From Carcharhinus longimanus (taxonomy: Eukaryota): 64,000 bases of DNA. Position 1 is the stretch's first letter. Each line of letters opens with the position of its first letter. The stretch is taken from assembly GCA_030264375.1 (NCBI GenBank), contig JASCQW010000098.1, positions 64,568,008 to 64,632,007 of the forward strand, in the 5' to 3' direction. The position numbers and the translations under genes were made by a program. Shown here one piece after another: positions 1-12,022 of this stretch. The notes under the pieces were generated by a model. The model was not told where the DNA came from. It saw nothing but the letters and a program-made list of their open reading frames with translations, and ran no database searches.

Positions 1-195
1 CCAGCGAGACCTTCTGGACCTGCCGATGGCGTACTCGCACCGTGGGTTCCCTGCATGGATTTTCCGGTAGCGTGGAGTGCAGTCAATGGCAAATCCCACT
101 GACAATAGCGAGACCAGAAGATCCCGCCACTGGCCAATGGCGTGCCATCTCCTGCCACAAGTAAGACATCATAGGATGACCAGAGGATCTTCCTG
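1..195. mobile_element. Short TIR-type non-autonomous element (MITE), truncated at window start; related copy at about 3103-3230
   Basis: Internal/terminal GAAGATCCCGCC-type repeats; shares AAT/ACGGGAAA.CCC..TGACA.T.GCG with 3103-3230. Confidence 0.5.
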
Positions 196-199
196 TAGG

Positions 200-1420
200 C
201 TCAAATAATTTTCTAACAACAGATGTTAGGCTAACTGGTTTAACATTCCCTGGTTTCTGTCTGTCATCTTTCTTAAATATTGGAATGACATAGGCAATTT
301 GTCAGTTTAGAAAAATGGTTCATAAATTTGTAGAGCTGCCAGAGAATATATGTAGGTTCTCACCTGCTTTACTTAAAATTCTGGGATGAAAACCATCTGG
401 CTTTGGAATTTCTTACTTTTTGGTGTAATTATTTTCTTCATTACGATTAATTTGCTTCCATTAATTTTGAGTCCCATCCCTGATTCAAGATTAATTTCCT
501 CGGCCAATAACTCTTCCTCTCTGTTAATAAATAGCACAAAGTAATTATTTAACATGTTCTCCATTTCCTTATTTTCGTTGGCTGTATCTCCTTTCTCAGT
601 TTTCAAAGTTCTTGTAATGTTCCTGGCCGCAATCTTTTCTCTTATTTAACTGTAAACATTTGTTGAGTTGATTTTGAAATCCTTTGGAAGATTCATCTCA
701 CAGTTCTACTTTGTGGCTTTTATCATTGTTTTTCCACCCCTTGCTATTCTTGCATCTCTCTCATTTGCAAGGATCATTTTTTTTGGATTTTATGTGCCTT
801 TTAGCTTTAAGTTATCCCTTACCTATTTAGGCATCCTTGCCTATTTTTTGGGGCAGCAGTCTTTCCCCTTAGGTTTAGAGATAAAGGGTCTGTATCACAT
901 TAAATTATTTTTAAACATGCCTCATTGACTTGTTGTGACCAATTAATAGATGAATCCAGTTTTTCATGGACAGTCTCTGTCTCATCACATTGAATCAGCC
1001 TTACCTAAATCTACAATCTCAGTAGCTGTTTCTCACTTCTCCCTTTCAAACATTCAGATGAATTTGATCATATTATGATTGTGATTAGATAAATTTGCAC
1101 ACATCATTAGGCTGATAATTAAATCTAGCTCATTACTCATTATTATATCTAATCTGCTGTGTCTTTTTGTTTGTTCCAGGACATACGTTTGCAGAAAACT
1201 ATGCTGAACGTATTTGAGAAATTCACTACCGATTATTCTGCTTCTCCCAATCCAGTTAAAATCCCCCATTAAAATTACTCTGCCTTTGGTGCATGCTTGT
1301 CCAATTTTTGCATTTGTATAATTTTTCACTTTACAGGTTTTGCCAAAGGCCCTACACACAACTCCCACTCCAGTCTTAAATCCTTTTGTTTTATTACTTC
1401 CATTCATGAGGTCTCTATGA
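200..1420 (-). mobile_element. Decayed CR1 LINE ORF2 fragment (AP endonuclease to start of RT)
   Basis: Minus ORF 1054-1407 VILMGDFN...EFLKYVQHSFLQTYVLE...LDIIMSN; 373-606 KEMENMLNNYF; stops and frameshifts. Confidence 0.85.
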
Positions 1421-1644
1421 CCTGCTTAGCTCTCATTATACATTAATCTCTTATTCTGTGAGTGATTTGATCCATTACAACCAATGTTAATCCAGCCCCC
1501 TCTATCATTTTTCTAATATATCCTGCAGAATTTGTAACCTGCTTATTTAATTTCCAGTCATAATCATCTTGCAGGCATTATGGCTACCATGCGATTCCCT
1601 CTAAACTAAGTTCTGAAATTCACACAATTTGTTCCTTATAGTCC

Positions 1645-2500
1645 ACGGATAGAATTGTCTCAAAATTGCACGGAGTGCTTGGCCAGGCAAGAAAAGCTGT
1701 ATGAAACTCGTTGGCTTTCACAGACACCTTTTCTCACCTGATTTAATAGCAGACTATGCAATTTCAAGTGCTGGTGAGGATTACACTGCCTTCCAGTGGA
1801 AGACAAAACAAGCCAGCAAGAGCCAGGATTCTGAGATTGGGGCACATTTTTAAAGTGAAAAGAGCGGGGCACTCCCTCTCCCAACCACAATGACAATGTC
1901 AGTGCATCTCTGCACCCCCCACCCCCCCCAACCCTACGTAGTCATCAGTGTTCTCCCCTTATCACCATTCCCTACAACCCCCGTCCCCCCTGCAGTCAAC
2001 AAGGCTGCCTGCCTCCCCGCACCACACATAAGGGGGAAACCACCATCACCACCACCGCCACCGTTAGAACTCCCTTGACACTTTCCACCTGGCAATACTC
2101 CTGATACTGCCCACATGGCAGTGTGTCCTGACCATGGAGCATTTCCAGGGGCATTGCAAGAGTGCTGGGGACAATGCCCAGTCTAGTCCACTAAATACTG
2201 GGGCCTCTACATACCTCAGCACTCCTGGTATGGTCATCATGACTGGTTTTTGTTTCTGAAAATTAGTAGTAATTTGAACTGGCATAACGTCATACAGCCA
2301 GCGGGGAGGATACATCTTGGTCAGATGTTATGGCAAATTATATTAAATTTTAAATCATGGAAATCAGGTTCATGCCCTCGGTGACTGTGAACTTGATCAT
2401 GTCACTGGTGAGGAAGATCTCAAACCGAGATCTTGTTTTGGCCCCTATGTGAGATTTAGGGGCCATAATGGGATTTAAATCTGCGGCAAATGGGGCCACT
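1645..2500. mobile_element. GC-rich non-autonomous DNA element (Harbinger-like family)
   Basis: GC-rich interior with GGCA(C/G)TGCC motifs shared with 9330-10294, 33361-34008, 39072-39790; boundaries approximate. Confidence 0.45.
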
Positions 2501-3373
2501 AGATAAATTAGGGGCAAACTGGTGTGTGAAATGGAGAGATAGTATTTAAAAGAGATATCCATTAGTTCTATGTCTGGTAGCCAGGAGGCAAAACATTAAT
2601 AACTCTCTCATCTGTGATTTATGAAGGAAATTGTTTTTGTAATTTTGTATTTTACTTTTCATTTCAATACCAAATGTTTTGATCCAGTTTTTTAGAGTAC
2701 TGTTATTACATATATTCAACCTAATTTTTCAGTAGATTAACAGAAAATTACTTAAACATTGCAACTTAGAAACTGGACATTCAGCCCAACTTATTCTTTT
2801 CAGGTTTCACATTCCCTGTGAGCTAATAGGTCTAGTTACATTTATCTGCCTTATTCACGGAGCTCTTTATTACACTGCAGGCCAAAGTCCTATTCCTTTG
2901 CATTGTAATATAGTTCTTATTTTTCAGTTCAGTCACTGATATTTTCCCCTTTTGTGGTGTCATTGAATTTATTTCTGGGGTTAGTGGTTGAGGAAAAAGA
3001 TTGGATAGGTGGATGAAAGAAAAGAGATTAAAAAGGTCTTTGAAACAGAATGCATAAATGTGATTAGAAACAGTTGTTCATGCAAAAGATAACTATCAAC
3101 TAGAGGCGGGATCTTCCAGCTCTTCCCGCCAGTGGCATCTTTTGGCAACACCTTGCCACAAGGGTGTGAACAACGGGAAACCCTGTTGACAGTGGCGTAA
3201 CCAGTGGTGGACCATCTCCGCTGCTACAGCACACATCTCACATGGTTTAATTGGGCCAGTACATATATTTTTATGTAATCTGGGCTGGATTCAAGTTCAA
3301 ACAAAGCTTATAAAAATCAAATCAGTAAATTAATTTCATGGTAAACAATTTTCATTCATTCATTGTTTTTCAG

Positions 3374-3508
3374 ATCCAAACTAGTAGAACTGTTCATGAG
3401 AAGCTTATGCGGCTCTTACCAGCAGGAGAACAGCAATTACTTCATAACGCACAGGTTTTTGAGCCCTTTGCTGGACTCAATCCAGTTCAATATAATCCTT
3501 ACACTGAG
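3374..3508 (+). CDS. DYNC2H1: DYNC2H1 exon (135 nt), N-terminal tail
   Basis: tttcag|ATC...GAG|gtttgt; IQTSRTVHEKLMRLLP...GLNPVQYNPYTE. Confidence 0.93.
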
Positions 3509-3591
3509 GTTTGTTGCACTTTATCTCTTATTTTGAATAAGTCAATATTATGTATGCTATCTGTACAACATGGAATTATTGCATTTTCTAG

Positions 3592-3705
3592 CCACTGTGG
3601 AAAGCAGCTGTAGCCCAATATGAACGTTCAATAGCTCCTTCTGAGCAGAAAGTTGCAAGCAAGCTGAAAATCTCTATCATGGAGGTGCAAGATAATCCCC
3701 AACAG
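3592..3705 (+). CDS. DYNC2H1: DYNC2H1 exon (114 nt)
   Basis: ttctag|CCA...CAG|gtaata; PLWKAAVAQYERSIAPSEQKVASKLK...DNPQQ; preceded by an 83-nt intron. Confidence 0.93.
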
Positions 3706-4758
3706 GTAATATAGGTAGTATTGCATATTCTGTTATAAACTTCCTAACCAAATTACAGAAACCTTTCCAAACCATATTTTTAAACATTATTTGTATGGAA
3801 GCTTACAACTTGAAAACAGGCCATTCAATCTTGCCAGTCAATGCGAATATTTGTCCTCCACAAGCAAATGGTCCTAATTTCCTTCTCTGTTCTTGTATCC
3901 CTTAAATTCCCTCTACTTTATTTACCTATTCAATCTAACCTTGATTTTCTACATAGTTTCTGCCTTAGTCACTAACCTTCACGTTCACAATTATCTAAGG
4001 GAACATAATAGGATTTTGGAGTACATGAATCACAGAAAGGTTAAGCAAAGCCATAAAGAAGGAAATCAAACACTAGTTTTTAAATTAGAGGAATAGAATT
4101 GAAAAGTAGTGAATTTATGACCACATAGTGATGACTGTTGTTCTGCTCACCATATTATAAAAAGAATGTTGTTATTCTTTCTGTAGAGACTATAAAGCTC
4201 TTGAAAAGATTTTTGAATTTTCAGTGACTAACCTGAAAGATTTGACAAAAAATTCAATTTTTACAACTTTTACTTTGACAAACAAACTAAAAGCAATATT
4301 GACTAAACACTATTTTTGTAGGCAACTTGTACTCTAAACCACAGAAAGATTTCCCCATTTAACTTTTAAAAGGACTGAAAATCCCTCACTGCAGTTTAAT
4401 ATGTCATTGCCCTTTAAATGGACACTTCATTCTCCACTAGCCCAAAGCTATTCTCAACTCCTGTAGACTTTCTTTTCCTTTCCCAGCTGTGTAATTAGTA
4501 ACTCCAGAACTGATTTTAACTGTGAGGGTTCCATTGGATATTTCTTCCCTTTAGCCCTTGCTAGGCCAAGGTAGTAGCTCCTGCATATTGCCACAAACTC
4601 AGTCTCATTAATCTGAGTATGAACTCCCACCAGTGTTCTTCATAGTGTCCAATTGCACCTATGTTTCCTCTGCATTAGGATGGGCTGCCTCTATCCTTTG
4701 CCATTATTAGACTGTTTTTTCATGTAGCTTTTTACCAAAGTTGTATTTTTCTTTCAAG

Positions 4759-4870
4759 CTCCTGCAGGCATTTCAGAAGTACAAGGAATTAGTCAAACGA
4801 CCCAGCATCAGTAAGGAGCTGCTTTCGGAACGTGAAATGTTGTTAGCAAAACTTGCAGAATACATTAAAG
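4759..4870 (+). CDS. DYNC2H1: DYNC2H1 exon (112 nt)
   Basis: ttcaag|CTC...AAAG|gtaatg; LLQAFQKYKELVKRPSISKELLSEREMLLAKL. Confidence 0.9.
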
Positions 4871-5016
4871 GTAATGTTAGCACAAACATTTCTGAAGATG
4901 CAACATATTTAGGAACTATTGGTAACATAAATTTTTAACCAAATAGTAATTGAGTAGAAAATACTGCTATTCAAAGAATTTTCATGTTTATTGATGATGC
5001 TTTTTGAATGAATTAG

Positions 5017-5141
5017 GCATTCATGCTGATTTTGAAAGTCGACGGCATGGTGTTCCAGGAGAACCTTCAGGCCCACTTTCAGGCAAGAATCTTCCTGAGG
5101 TTGTCAATAATATTGTTTGGGTTAGACAACTGGAACTAAAG
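5017..5141 (+). CDS. DYNC2H1: DYNC2H1 exon (125 nt)
   Basis: aattag|GC...AAG|gttagt; IHADFESRRHGVPGEPSGPLSGKNLPEVVNNIVWVRQLELK. Confidence 0.92.
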
Positions 5142-5264
5142 GTTAGTATTTAAGTAATACATTGTTTCCTCTTGCTACAACATTTAAGACTTCGGAAATT
5201 TTTTTTTACTGCTGTCACATGTTGACTGACATTAACACTGCAGTGAAGTTACTGTGAAAATCCC

Positions 5265-5407
5265 TGGAATTCTCCGATCCCAGGTGGAATTCTTCGATCT
5301 TGTACATTCCACCACTGCTGCCAGAGAATTGGCGCTCAGTCGAAGCTCCATTCACTACAGCAGGATCGAAGAATCCTAGTCGCGGTCAAGATCAAACAAT
5401 TCTGGCC
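5265..5407. mobile_element. About 130-140 bp MITE; second copy at 30498-30625
   Basis: Ends GGAATTCTCC...AATTCTGGCC; shared core CCACCACTG...GAGAATT(T)GGC...CATTCAC..CAGC. Confidence 0.65.
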
Positions 5408-6871
5408 AAAAGTAATGATTTATGCAGTATGAAGGAGAGTGGAATTTACTGTTCATTTTCAACCTTTACAACCATGTACCATGCCAGTTCAATTCTTTGG
5501 GAAGGGCAACAGCATTTTTGCATCAAAATAATCGGATATGAAACTTACGTGCATTCTTCTACATCTCCAGCAGTCATAAACTGCAAATAGTGCCTTTTGG
5601 CAGAAACTTGAAAATTAGTATAACCACTAAGAGTATTTATAACGGTCAGTGTTAACTTGATTTTTTTTAACATTGCTACTACTCACTGCAGACCTGTTGA
5701 TCTAAAGTTGCTCATGGTTGTGGTAGTGGAGGTTTTTGGCTTGATGTTGATCTCTCATTTTTTCCCTATCTGTTACTGGCAAGTTAAAAAAATTACCAAA
5801 TTTGCTACCAAATAAACCTGTTGGACTTTAACCTGGTGTTGTGAAACTTCTTACTGTAATTAGAAAATAACCAGAGGACAAGCTTAGTGGCATATTTCCT
5901 GTAGCTATGGGCTGTTAATTGCTCCATCATAATTTGATTCCCTTGTCGTTCTCTCAATTCTTGAATTTCACTTCCTGAGTAGTCATTTTCATCTCCCCTA
6001 ATACTCCCCTATACTTTTCACGTCAAGGACAAAATCAATTATTTAAATTAGACAGGTANNNNNNNNNNTTTGAATTCTGCATAACGCTCTTCAGTAGGTT
6101 GATTTTATTTGTTATTTTTGTTGAATAGACAAGTTTTGTGGTTTACCTTGGACTTTATTATAATGTTGTATTATTGCAATTTAGGAACTGGAAGTTGATC
6201 ACAAATGTGTTTCAGCTAATCCAGGGTATAAACTAAATAATCTGTTTATTGTTTGAATGTTGAAGAGTGGAAACCAACTGACAGTACCTTATATTTGGAA
6301 TCAATAGTATTAAATTGGAAATATTTGAATGAAGAAAACTAATTGTGAAAATGCTAGTTCACACAGCTTATTGCTTGAACTTCGGCAGTTCCTTCATCCT
6401 ATTTGTATTTTGTGACATTGTTTGTTAACATGAATCACCACTTGCTGGCAATGAGGGGAAAATAGGTTCCACAATTTCGGTTGGACAACATGAAATTACA
6501 TTGATGAAGTCAACATTGTTTGACTCTGTATATGTTGCAGAGATAATATAATGGCAGACTAGATTAGTGCTCTGTGGTGCTATGAAACAGAAGGTTGTAA
6601 GTTGCTTCAGGCTTGCAATCTTCTTGTTTTTGAATTCCTGATTTTTGCTTGAGAGATGAAACTTTGTAAGTGAGTAATTGAGAACAGCTTTCAGATACCA
6701 CCTGATACCATTTTCGCAATAGCATTGAAAAAGGCCTTAAGATCAAGTTACCTATTTATTCTTCTGACATTGAGTGTGTCTGGTGCAGACAAGTATAATG
6801 ATGAGGAGGAATTTTAAATAGGGGAAGAAGATGGCTGTATTGAATACATTAATTCTGCATCTTTATTATAG

Positions 6872-7047
6872 GCTGAAGACACTGTAAAGATTGCTGAGGC
6901 ATTGCTGAGTGAGCTGGCAGGATTTCAGTCATTTTGGCGAAATTGCAACGAACTTCTGGACCAGTTGAGAACCTACGAGCAAGAGCAATTTGATGACTGG
7001 TCTAGGGACATACAATCATCTGTATCAGATCCCACAGCTGGCATCAG
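6872..7047 (+). CDS. DYNC2H1: DYNC2H1 exon (176 nt)
   Basis: ttatag|GCT...AG|gtataa; AEDTVKIAEALLSEL...YEQEQFDDWSRDIQS. Confidence 0.93.
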
Positions 7048-7372
7048 GTATAATTGTCTTGTGCACAGAAAATTAGTATGCACAGAAAAGAATGAAAATA
7101 AAATGTCTTCCTTTTTACCAGCAATAACTACATTTCTGCTATCAAATTTTGTTTTCACCAGTACAACGTAATGTTGGTTTCAGCTATTGTAACACAATCC
7201 AAATGTCCAAACTATTGTTTCTCAAAGGTCTGACAGGAAATAATGGAATTCCAAGCAGAATTAACACACGTGGATTGTTTGGGCCAAATGGTCTGCTTCC
7301 ATCTTATAACTTCCATGTAATTCTGTGCAAGGGTACAAGTTCCAGGGAAATTGGTACACCCAGATGTTGTCA

Positions 7373-7709
7373 AAGAATCCTACAGTGCAGAAGGAGGCCC
7401 TTTGGCCCATCAAGTCTGCACCGACCACAATCCCACCCAAGTCCTACCCCCATATCCCTACATATTATTGCCCACTAATCCCTCTAACCTAAGCATCTCA
7501 GGACACTAAGTGGCAATTTTAGCATGGCCAATCAACCTAACCCGCACATCTTTGGACCGTGGGAGGAAACCGGAGCACCCGGAGGAAACCCGCACAGACA
7601 CAAGGAGAACGTGCCGACTCCACACAGACAGTGACCCGAGCCTGGAATCGAACTCAGGTCCCTGAAGCTGTGAAGCAGCAGTGCTAACCACTGTGTTACC
7701 GTGCTGCCC
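7373..7709 (-). mobile_element. HE1-like V-SINE (tRNA head, CR1-type tail), full length
   Basis: Minus strand GGCAGCACGGTAACACAGTGGTTAGCACTG (A box), GAGTTCGATTCC (B box), V-domain GGGTTTCCTCCGGGTGCTCCGGTTTCCTCCC, tail ...GGCCTCCTTCTGCACTGTAGGATTCT. Confidence 0.9.
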
Positions 7710-8046
7710 ATGCTACCAGTTATACTACCAGTGAATTTATACTGTTAAAAGTATAAATGTAACAGCAATCTGTCAGTATAATAATAGTATTGGAATGTAT
7801 ATTTTTTTGTAAAGTGAAGATAAATTCCACAAATGGCAGATTCATCATTACTAAGCATGTTGCAATAGTTCAGTTATAAAGTTATTTGTTTCCCTTTTGC
7901 TTTGAAGATACTGTATACATCACTATTAAATTTCAACAAATCATAAGTTGGCTCCAGTTTACTAGATAATGCAGAACTTCTTTATTAGAACATAAAGGTT
8001 TGCATAAATTTGCATACCATTAATATGTTGATGTAATTTGCGGTAG

Positions 8047-8242
8047 TTTGCAGGCCAATGGTCGAGTTATAGAATTGGATCACTCAGATGGGAAATTGAA
8101 AATACATTACTCAGACCGCCTGGTTTCATTGTTGAGAGAAGTACGCCAGCTTTCTGCTCTAGGGTTTGCTATTCCTGCACGAATCCAACAAACAGCAGTT
8201 ACAGCTCAGAAGTTCTACAGACAGGCAGTTATTCTCAAACAG
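8047..8242 (+). CDS. DYNC2H1: DYNC2H1 exon (196 nt)
   Basis: cggtag|T...CAG|gttagt; LQANGRVIELD...HYSDRLVSLLREVRQLSALGF...AVILKQ. Confidence 0.92.
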
Positions 8243-8257
8243 GTTAGTATTATTCTA

Positions 8258-8470
8258 ACAAAAGCAAAATATTGCAGATGCTGGAAATTAAGAAAAAAAA
8301 TGAAACACTGGACATATTCAGCAGGGCTGGCAGCTTCTGTGGAGAGAGAAACAATTGATGTTTCAGGTCAAGATTCTGAAGAATAACCCTTGAATTGAAA
8401 AGTTAGCCCTATTTCTCCCTCCACAGATGCAGTCAGATTTGCTCAGTATTTCCAGTGTTTTCTGTTTGTA
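8258..8470. mobile_element. Penelope-type short repeat, inverted pair, with degenerate hammerhead core
   Basis: Left arm ...GCAGCTTCTGTGGAGAGAGAAA is complementary to right arm TTTCTCCCTCCACAGATGCAG; CTGAAGA (8376-8382)...GAAA (8397-8400). Confidence 0.55.
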
Positions 8471-8621
8471 TTATTTGGTTTATTTGACTCCATTTCCTGT
8501 ACCTTCCTCAATCATTTTTTTCCTTTCCCTTCTATTTTCTTAACGTTTGAATGACATAAAGTCAGTTAAAGCATGAAAATTTAAACCTCAATATTAAATA
8601 TGTTTTCACTTTCATTGCCAG

Positions 8622-8717
8622 GTTGCCCACTTTTACAATACTATTGATCAGCAGATGATTCCTAGTCAGAGACCTATGATGTTAAGCTCTGCTTTATCGT
8701 TTGAACAGCTAATAAAG
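8622..8717 (+). CDS. DYNC2H1: DYNC2H1 exon (96 nt)
   Basis: tgccag|GTT...AAG|gtaagg; VAHFYNTIDQQMIPSQRPMMLSSALSFEQLIK. Confidence 0.94.
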
Positions 8718-9085
8718 GTAAGGCAATTTGAGTACAGAAAATTTGGGATTTCCTTTATTCTTTCCATACCTGATTAGAGGATTTATGAACAATCTGTTGT
8801 GACTTTGCAAAAACCTCTTATAGAAAGCTTGACATCTAAAGCCATAAATATTAAAGACTCTATTTTTAAATCCTGCTACGGGCAGGAACAGATGTGGCCA
8901 GATGAAAAAAATAGCAACATTAGCCAGTTTCCAGTCAGTGTTCTTGCTGCTGGTGAACTTCTCCAGGGTTAGGGGATTAGGGGATGTTGGCCCCAAGAAC
9001 CTGCCTGGTTCCCAAATGAGTCCAATTAAGGTAGATAAAGAGATCATTAAAACTAGTGTACTGGGGTGGGAAAATTGCACCCTAT

Positions 9086-9212
9086 GTCCAGAATTTTACC
9101 GCCTCGCCCACCCCAGAATCAGTGCGGGCAAGGCACTGCAGAACAGAATTGGCCATTGGCCTCGGCCAAGATTTTATGAGCCTTGTCCGAGTGAGATCTT
9201 AAAATCACGGCC
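9086..9212. mobile_element. 127-bp MITE (same family as the split copy at 59914-60357)
   Basis: TIRs GTCCAGAATTTTAC / TAAAATCACGGCC; flanks TAT and TAA. Confidence 0.75.
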
Positions 9213-9329
9213 TAAATGTCTGTTGAGCTGAATGCATGTTGATTTGTCTCAAATTTTAGATTCAGCCTGGATAATATTTAGGTGAAATCCTAACATAATA
9301 GCTGGAGAATTTAAATTCAGACAATTATT

Positions 9330-10294
9330 AACATTATTGGGATTACCAGTGACCAGAAACTGAACTGGACCAGCCATATAAATTCTAAATGATGAATTTG
9401 CATAAAAACTGGAGTAAATCACGTTTTTTTCTGTGGGAGTTTCAAAATGAATCTGTACACTGCAGAGTGCACCAGCGTGCACTGCAGAAATCTGTGGGTG
9501 GGGCCTATTACTGCTGGAGTGGCTGGCAGCATAATGCTGAGTGGGCCACTGCATATATGCCAATATGTCAATGGTGAGATTGAGGCATGAGCAATGGCCC
9601 CTTCATGGCCAGATCGCTGGGCCCCCCAAACATGTCTGGGCCAGCCTCGACTTCCCCCCTCCACCCAACCATCCAGCCTATCCTGACCCCCACAGAAGGC
9701 TGCACCCACCCTGGTGCCCAACCCCAATCGCTGGCCTCCCTTTCCTACTGGTCCCGATTGCAGAGTGGCATGGGACCCCCACCAATCATCCCACTCCTCC
9801 CCTCCAGAGGCCTCGTACCCTTGGCACTGCCTGATGCCTGGTGGGCAGTGCCAAGTTGCCCCTTGGGCATTGACACTTCGCTCCTTGAGCAGGGCAGGGG
9901 GTCCAAGCGGACCCTGCCAAGGTGGCAATGCCCAGGGGGCACCCTCCATTGCTCAACCCTCTTGGGGCCTTGATTGCTCTCTCTTCACTCCAGCAGGGAT
10001 GGATTGCCAGCTCTCCACCAGTGGGGAGCTATAGTAAACTTCGCTGGAGTAAAAGACTCCTTGCGGGAGGCGCGAGGTTAGCGGGTCCCGATATTTCAGT
10101 GCCGTGCCTGCTAATAGCATTGAAATAATAGTTAAATGAGCTGCTGAATATATTAGGCTGCCGGTGACACTGCAAATCTGATGCAGAGAGAGACACAGAG
10201 CAGGGAAGGCACCCAGCGAGGAGCCTGCGAAATGGCCTCTGCTCGAGTTTCCCGGCCGACTGCGTTACACAAGTAGAGATGAAAGAGTCGCCCC
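9330..10294. mobile_element. GC-rich non-autonomous DNA element (Harbinger-like)
   Basis: Subterminal similarity to reverse complement of 33880-33945; ends ...GAGTCGCCCC. Confidence 0.55.
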
Positions 10295-10304
10295 CATTGT
10301 AGTT

Positions 10305-10888
10305 ATAAGAGCAGATCAGAGGTTGGAAATTCGGAGGCAAGTAACTCACTTTCTGACTCCGTAAAACCTGTCCACCATTTACAAGGCACAAGTCAGGAGC
10401 GTGAAGGAATAACCTCCTCTTGCCTGAATGAGTGCAGCTCCACCAACACTCAAGAAACTTGACATCATCCAGGACAAAGCAGTTTGTTTGATTGGAACCC
10501 ATCCAACATTCACTCCCTTTACCTTAGTGACAGCAATATATCCATCCACAAAGTGCACAGCAACAGCTCACCAAAGCTCCTTCGACAATATTTTCCAACA
10601 GCACGACCTCTACTGCCTAGAAGGTCAAGGACTGTAGACACTTTACTACTGGCAAGTTCCCCCCCAAACCCCACACCATCCTGATTTGAAACTATATTGC
10701 CATTCCTTCACTGTTGCCAACCCAAGACCTTGAAATTGCCTCCCTAACAGCACTGTGGGTGTATCCACACCATATGGTTTGCAATGGTTTAGGAAGGTGT
10801 CTTATCACCGTTTCTTCAAGGCGATTAGGGATGGGAAATAAGTGTGGGCCAAGCCATCCCCGTTCCATGAATGAACTCATTAAAAAAT
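10305..10888 (+). mobile_element. 3' end of a second CR1/L2-group LINE family; further copies at 37125-37680 (+) and 58560-59055 (-)
   Basis: IYKAQVRS...MSAAPPTLKKLDIIQDKAVCLIG RT C-terminus; tail TTAGGGATGGGAAATAA...CCATGAATGAA. Confidence 0.8.
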
Positions 10889-10894
10889 GAAGTA

Positions 10895-11145
10895 AGTTGG
10901 TAATAAAATGCTAGGATCAACAATGGTGACCATAGAATGACTGGATTGTCACAAAATAACATCTAAGAAATCTGTCACCCTGACCTGTTCTGGCTTACTT
11001 GTGGCTGCAGATCTACAGTAATGTAATTGACGTTTAACTGCCCTCTGATATGACTTAGTAAGCCACTCAATTGTGATCAAGAAGGGCAATTTGAGGTGGG
11101 TGATAAATGCTACCCTTGCCAATGATACACACACCTGTGTTTGAA
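10895..11145 (+). mobile_element. Deu-domain-type SINE (SacSINE1-like), 5' truncated; antisense copy at about 55010-55222
   Basis: Core CC.TGACCTGTTCTGGC...TTGACGTTTAACTGCCCTCTGA...AAGCCACTCA recalled as the shark DeuSINE core; tail shared with adjacent LINE. Confidence 0.55.
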
Positions 11146-11321
11146 TTTAAAAAAACTGTGTTTGCATCACTCTGTGTTGGCACACTGCATTGACCAAAGA
11201 CTAATCTTAGCTTGGTGGTTGTCCCTGCTTTCTTATCCTGTCCAGCAGCTTTGGCCACTCTTTGCTTACACAGTGGTTGATCAGTGATGATTTCTAAACT
11301 ATTTTCATAATCTTTAATTAG

Positions 11322-11483
11322 AATCCAAAAGCTGGTTCCAAGGAATCTGGCGGTAAAGTACAGATCACTTGGGATAATCCTAAGGAGCTAGAGGCCTATA
11401 TTCAGAAACTTCACACTGCAGCGGAACGGCTTACAACAGAGAACAGAAAGCTGAGGAAGTGTCACACTGACTTCTGTGATAAG
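11322..11483 (+). CDS. DYNC2H1: DYNC2H1 exon (162 nt)
   Basis: aattag|AAT...AAG|gtaaga; NPKAGSKESGGKVQITWDNPKELEAYIQKL...ENRKLRK. Confidence 0.93.
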
Positions 11484-11923
11484 GTAAGAATGTGAAGCAC
11501 GGAACAGAAAAGGTTATCTGACCCCATCAGACTCATTCTTTTCATATTTTGTTCAATTTACAGGGTGAAAAATGCAAATACCTTGTATTAAAAAAAAACT
11601 ATTTGATCATTAACATACCTGGGAGGTTTACAGTCTGCAAACATTGGACAGTTAATCATATCAACAGATAGATAGCTCTCTGACCCTCGATCTGCTGCTC
11701 TGCAAATAGCTTGGGGTTGGGTTCAGGAGGAACCCAGTTGTTGGCTGTATATCCAGACACCTCAGATCCAGACCCCATCCCAATGAAAATTCAGCACTCT
11801 CCGGCACCTCTGTGTGTAGTTTTGAAGTTAAAATGTTGTAACATAAATAGTTAAGAAATAACTTATTAATTACAAATTAAATTGTTAGCGTGGCTATTGA
11901 TGAGAGAGACCTTGTCCTTGTAG

Positions 11924-12022
11924 GTCGTAGCTCTTATGAACATTGATCTACTTCGCCAACAACAACGATGGAAAGATGGACTGCAAGAGCTGAGATTTGT
12001 TTTCTCTACTCTGGAGTCACAG
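11924..12022 (+). CDS. DYNC2H1: DYNC2H1 exon (99 nt)
   Basis: ttgtag|GTC...CAG|gtattt; VVALMNIDLLRQQQRWKDGLQELR. Confidence 0.94.

Noticed and set aside
668-928. ORF containing SFGRF, resembling the upstream DYNC2H1 exon (GGSFGRFVQ)
   Set aside because: Similarity stops after 5 residues and the region is the antisense strand of a CR1 relic.
9389-10128. Stack of overlapping Pro/Gly-rich ORFs on both strands
   Set aside because: Expected by-product of a GC-rich non-autonomous element; no domain motifs.
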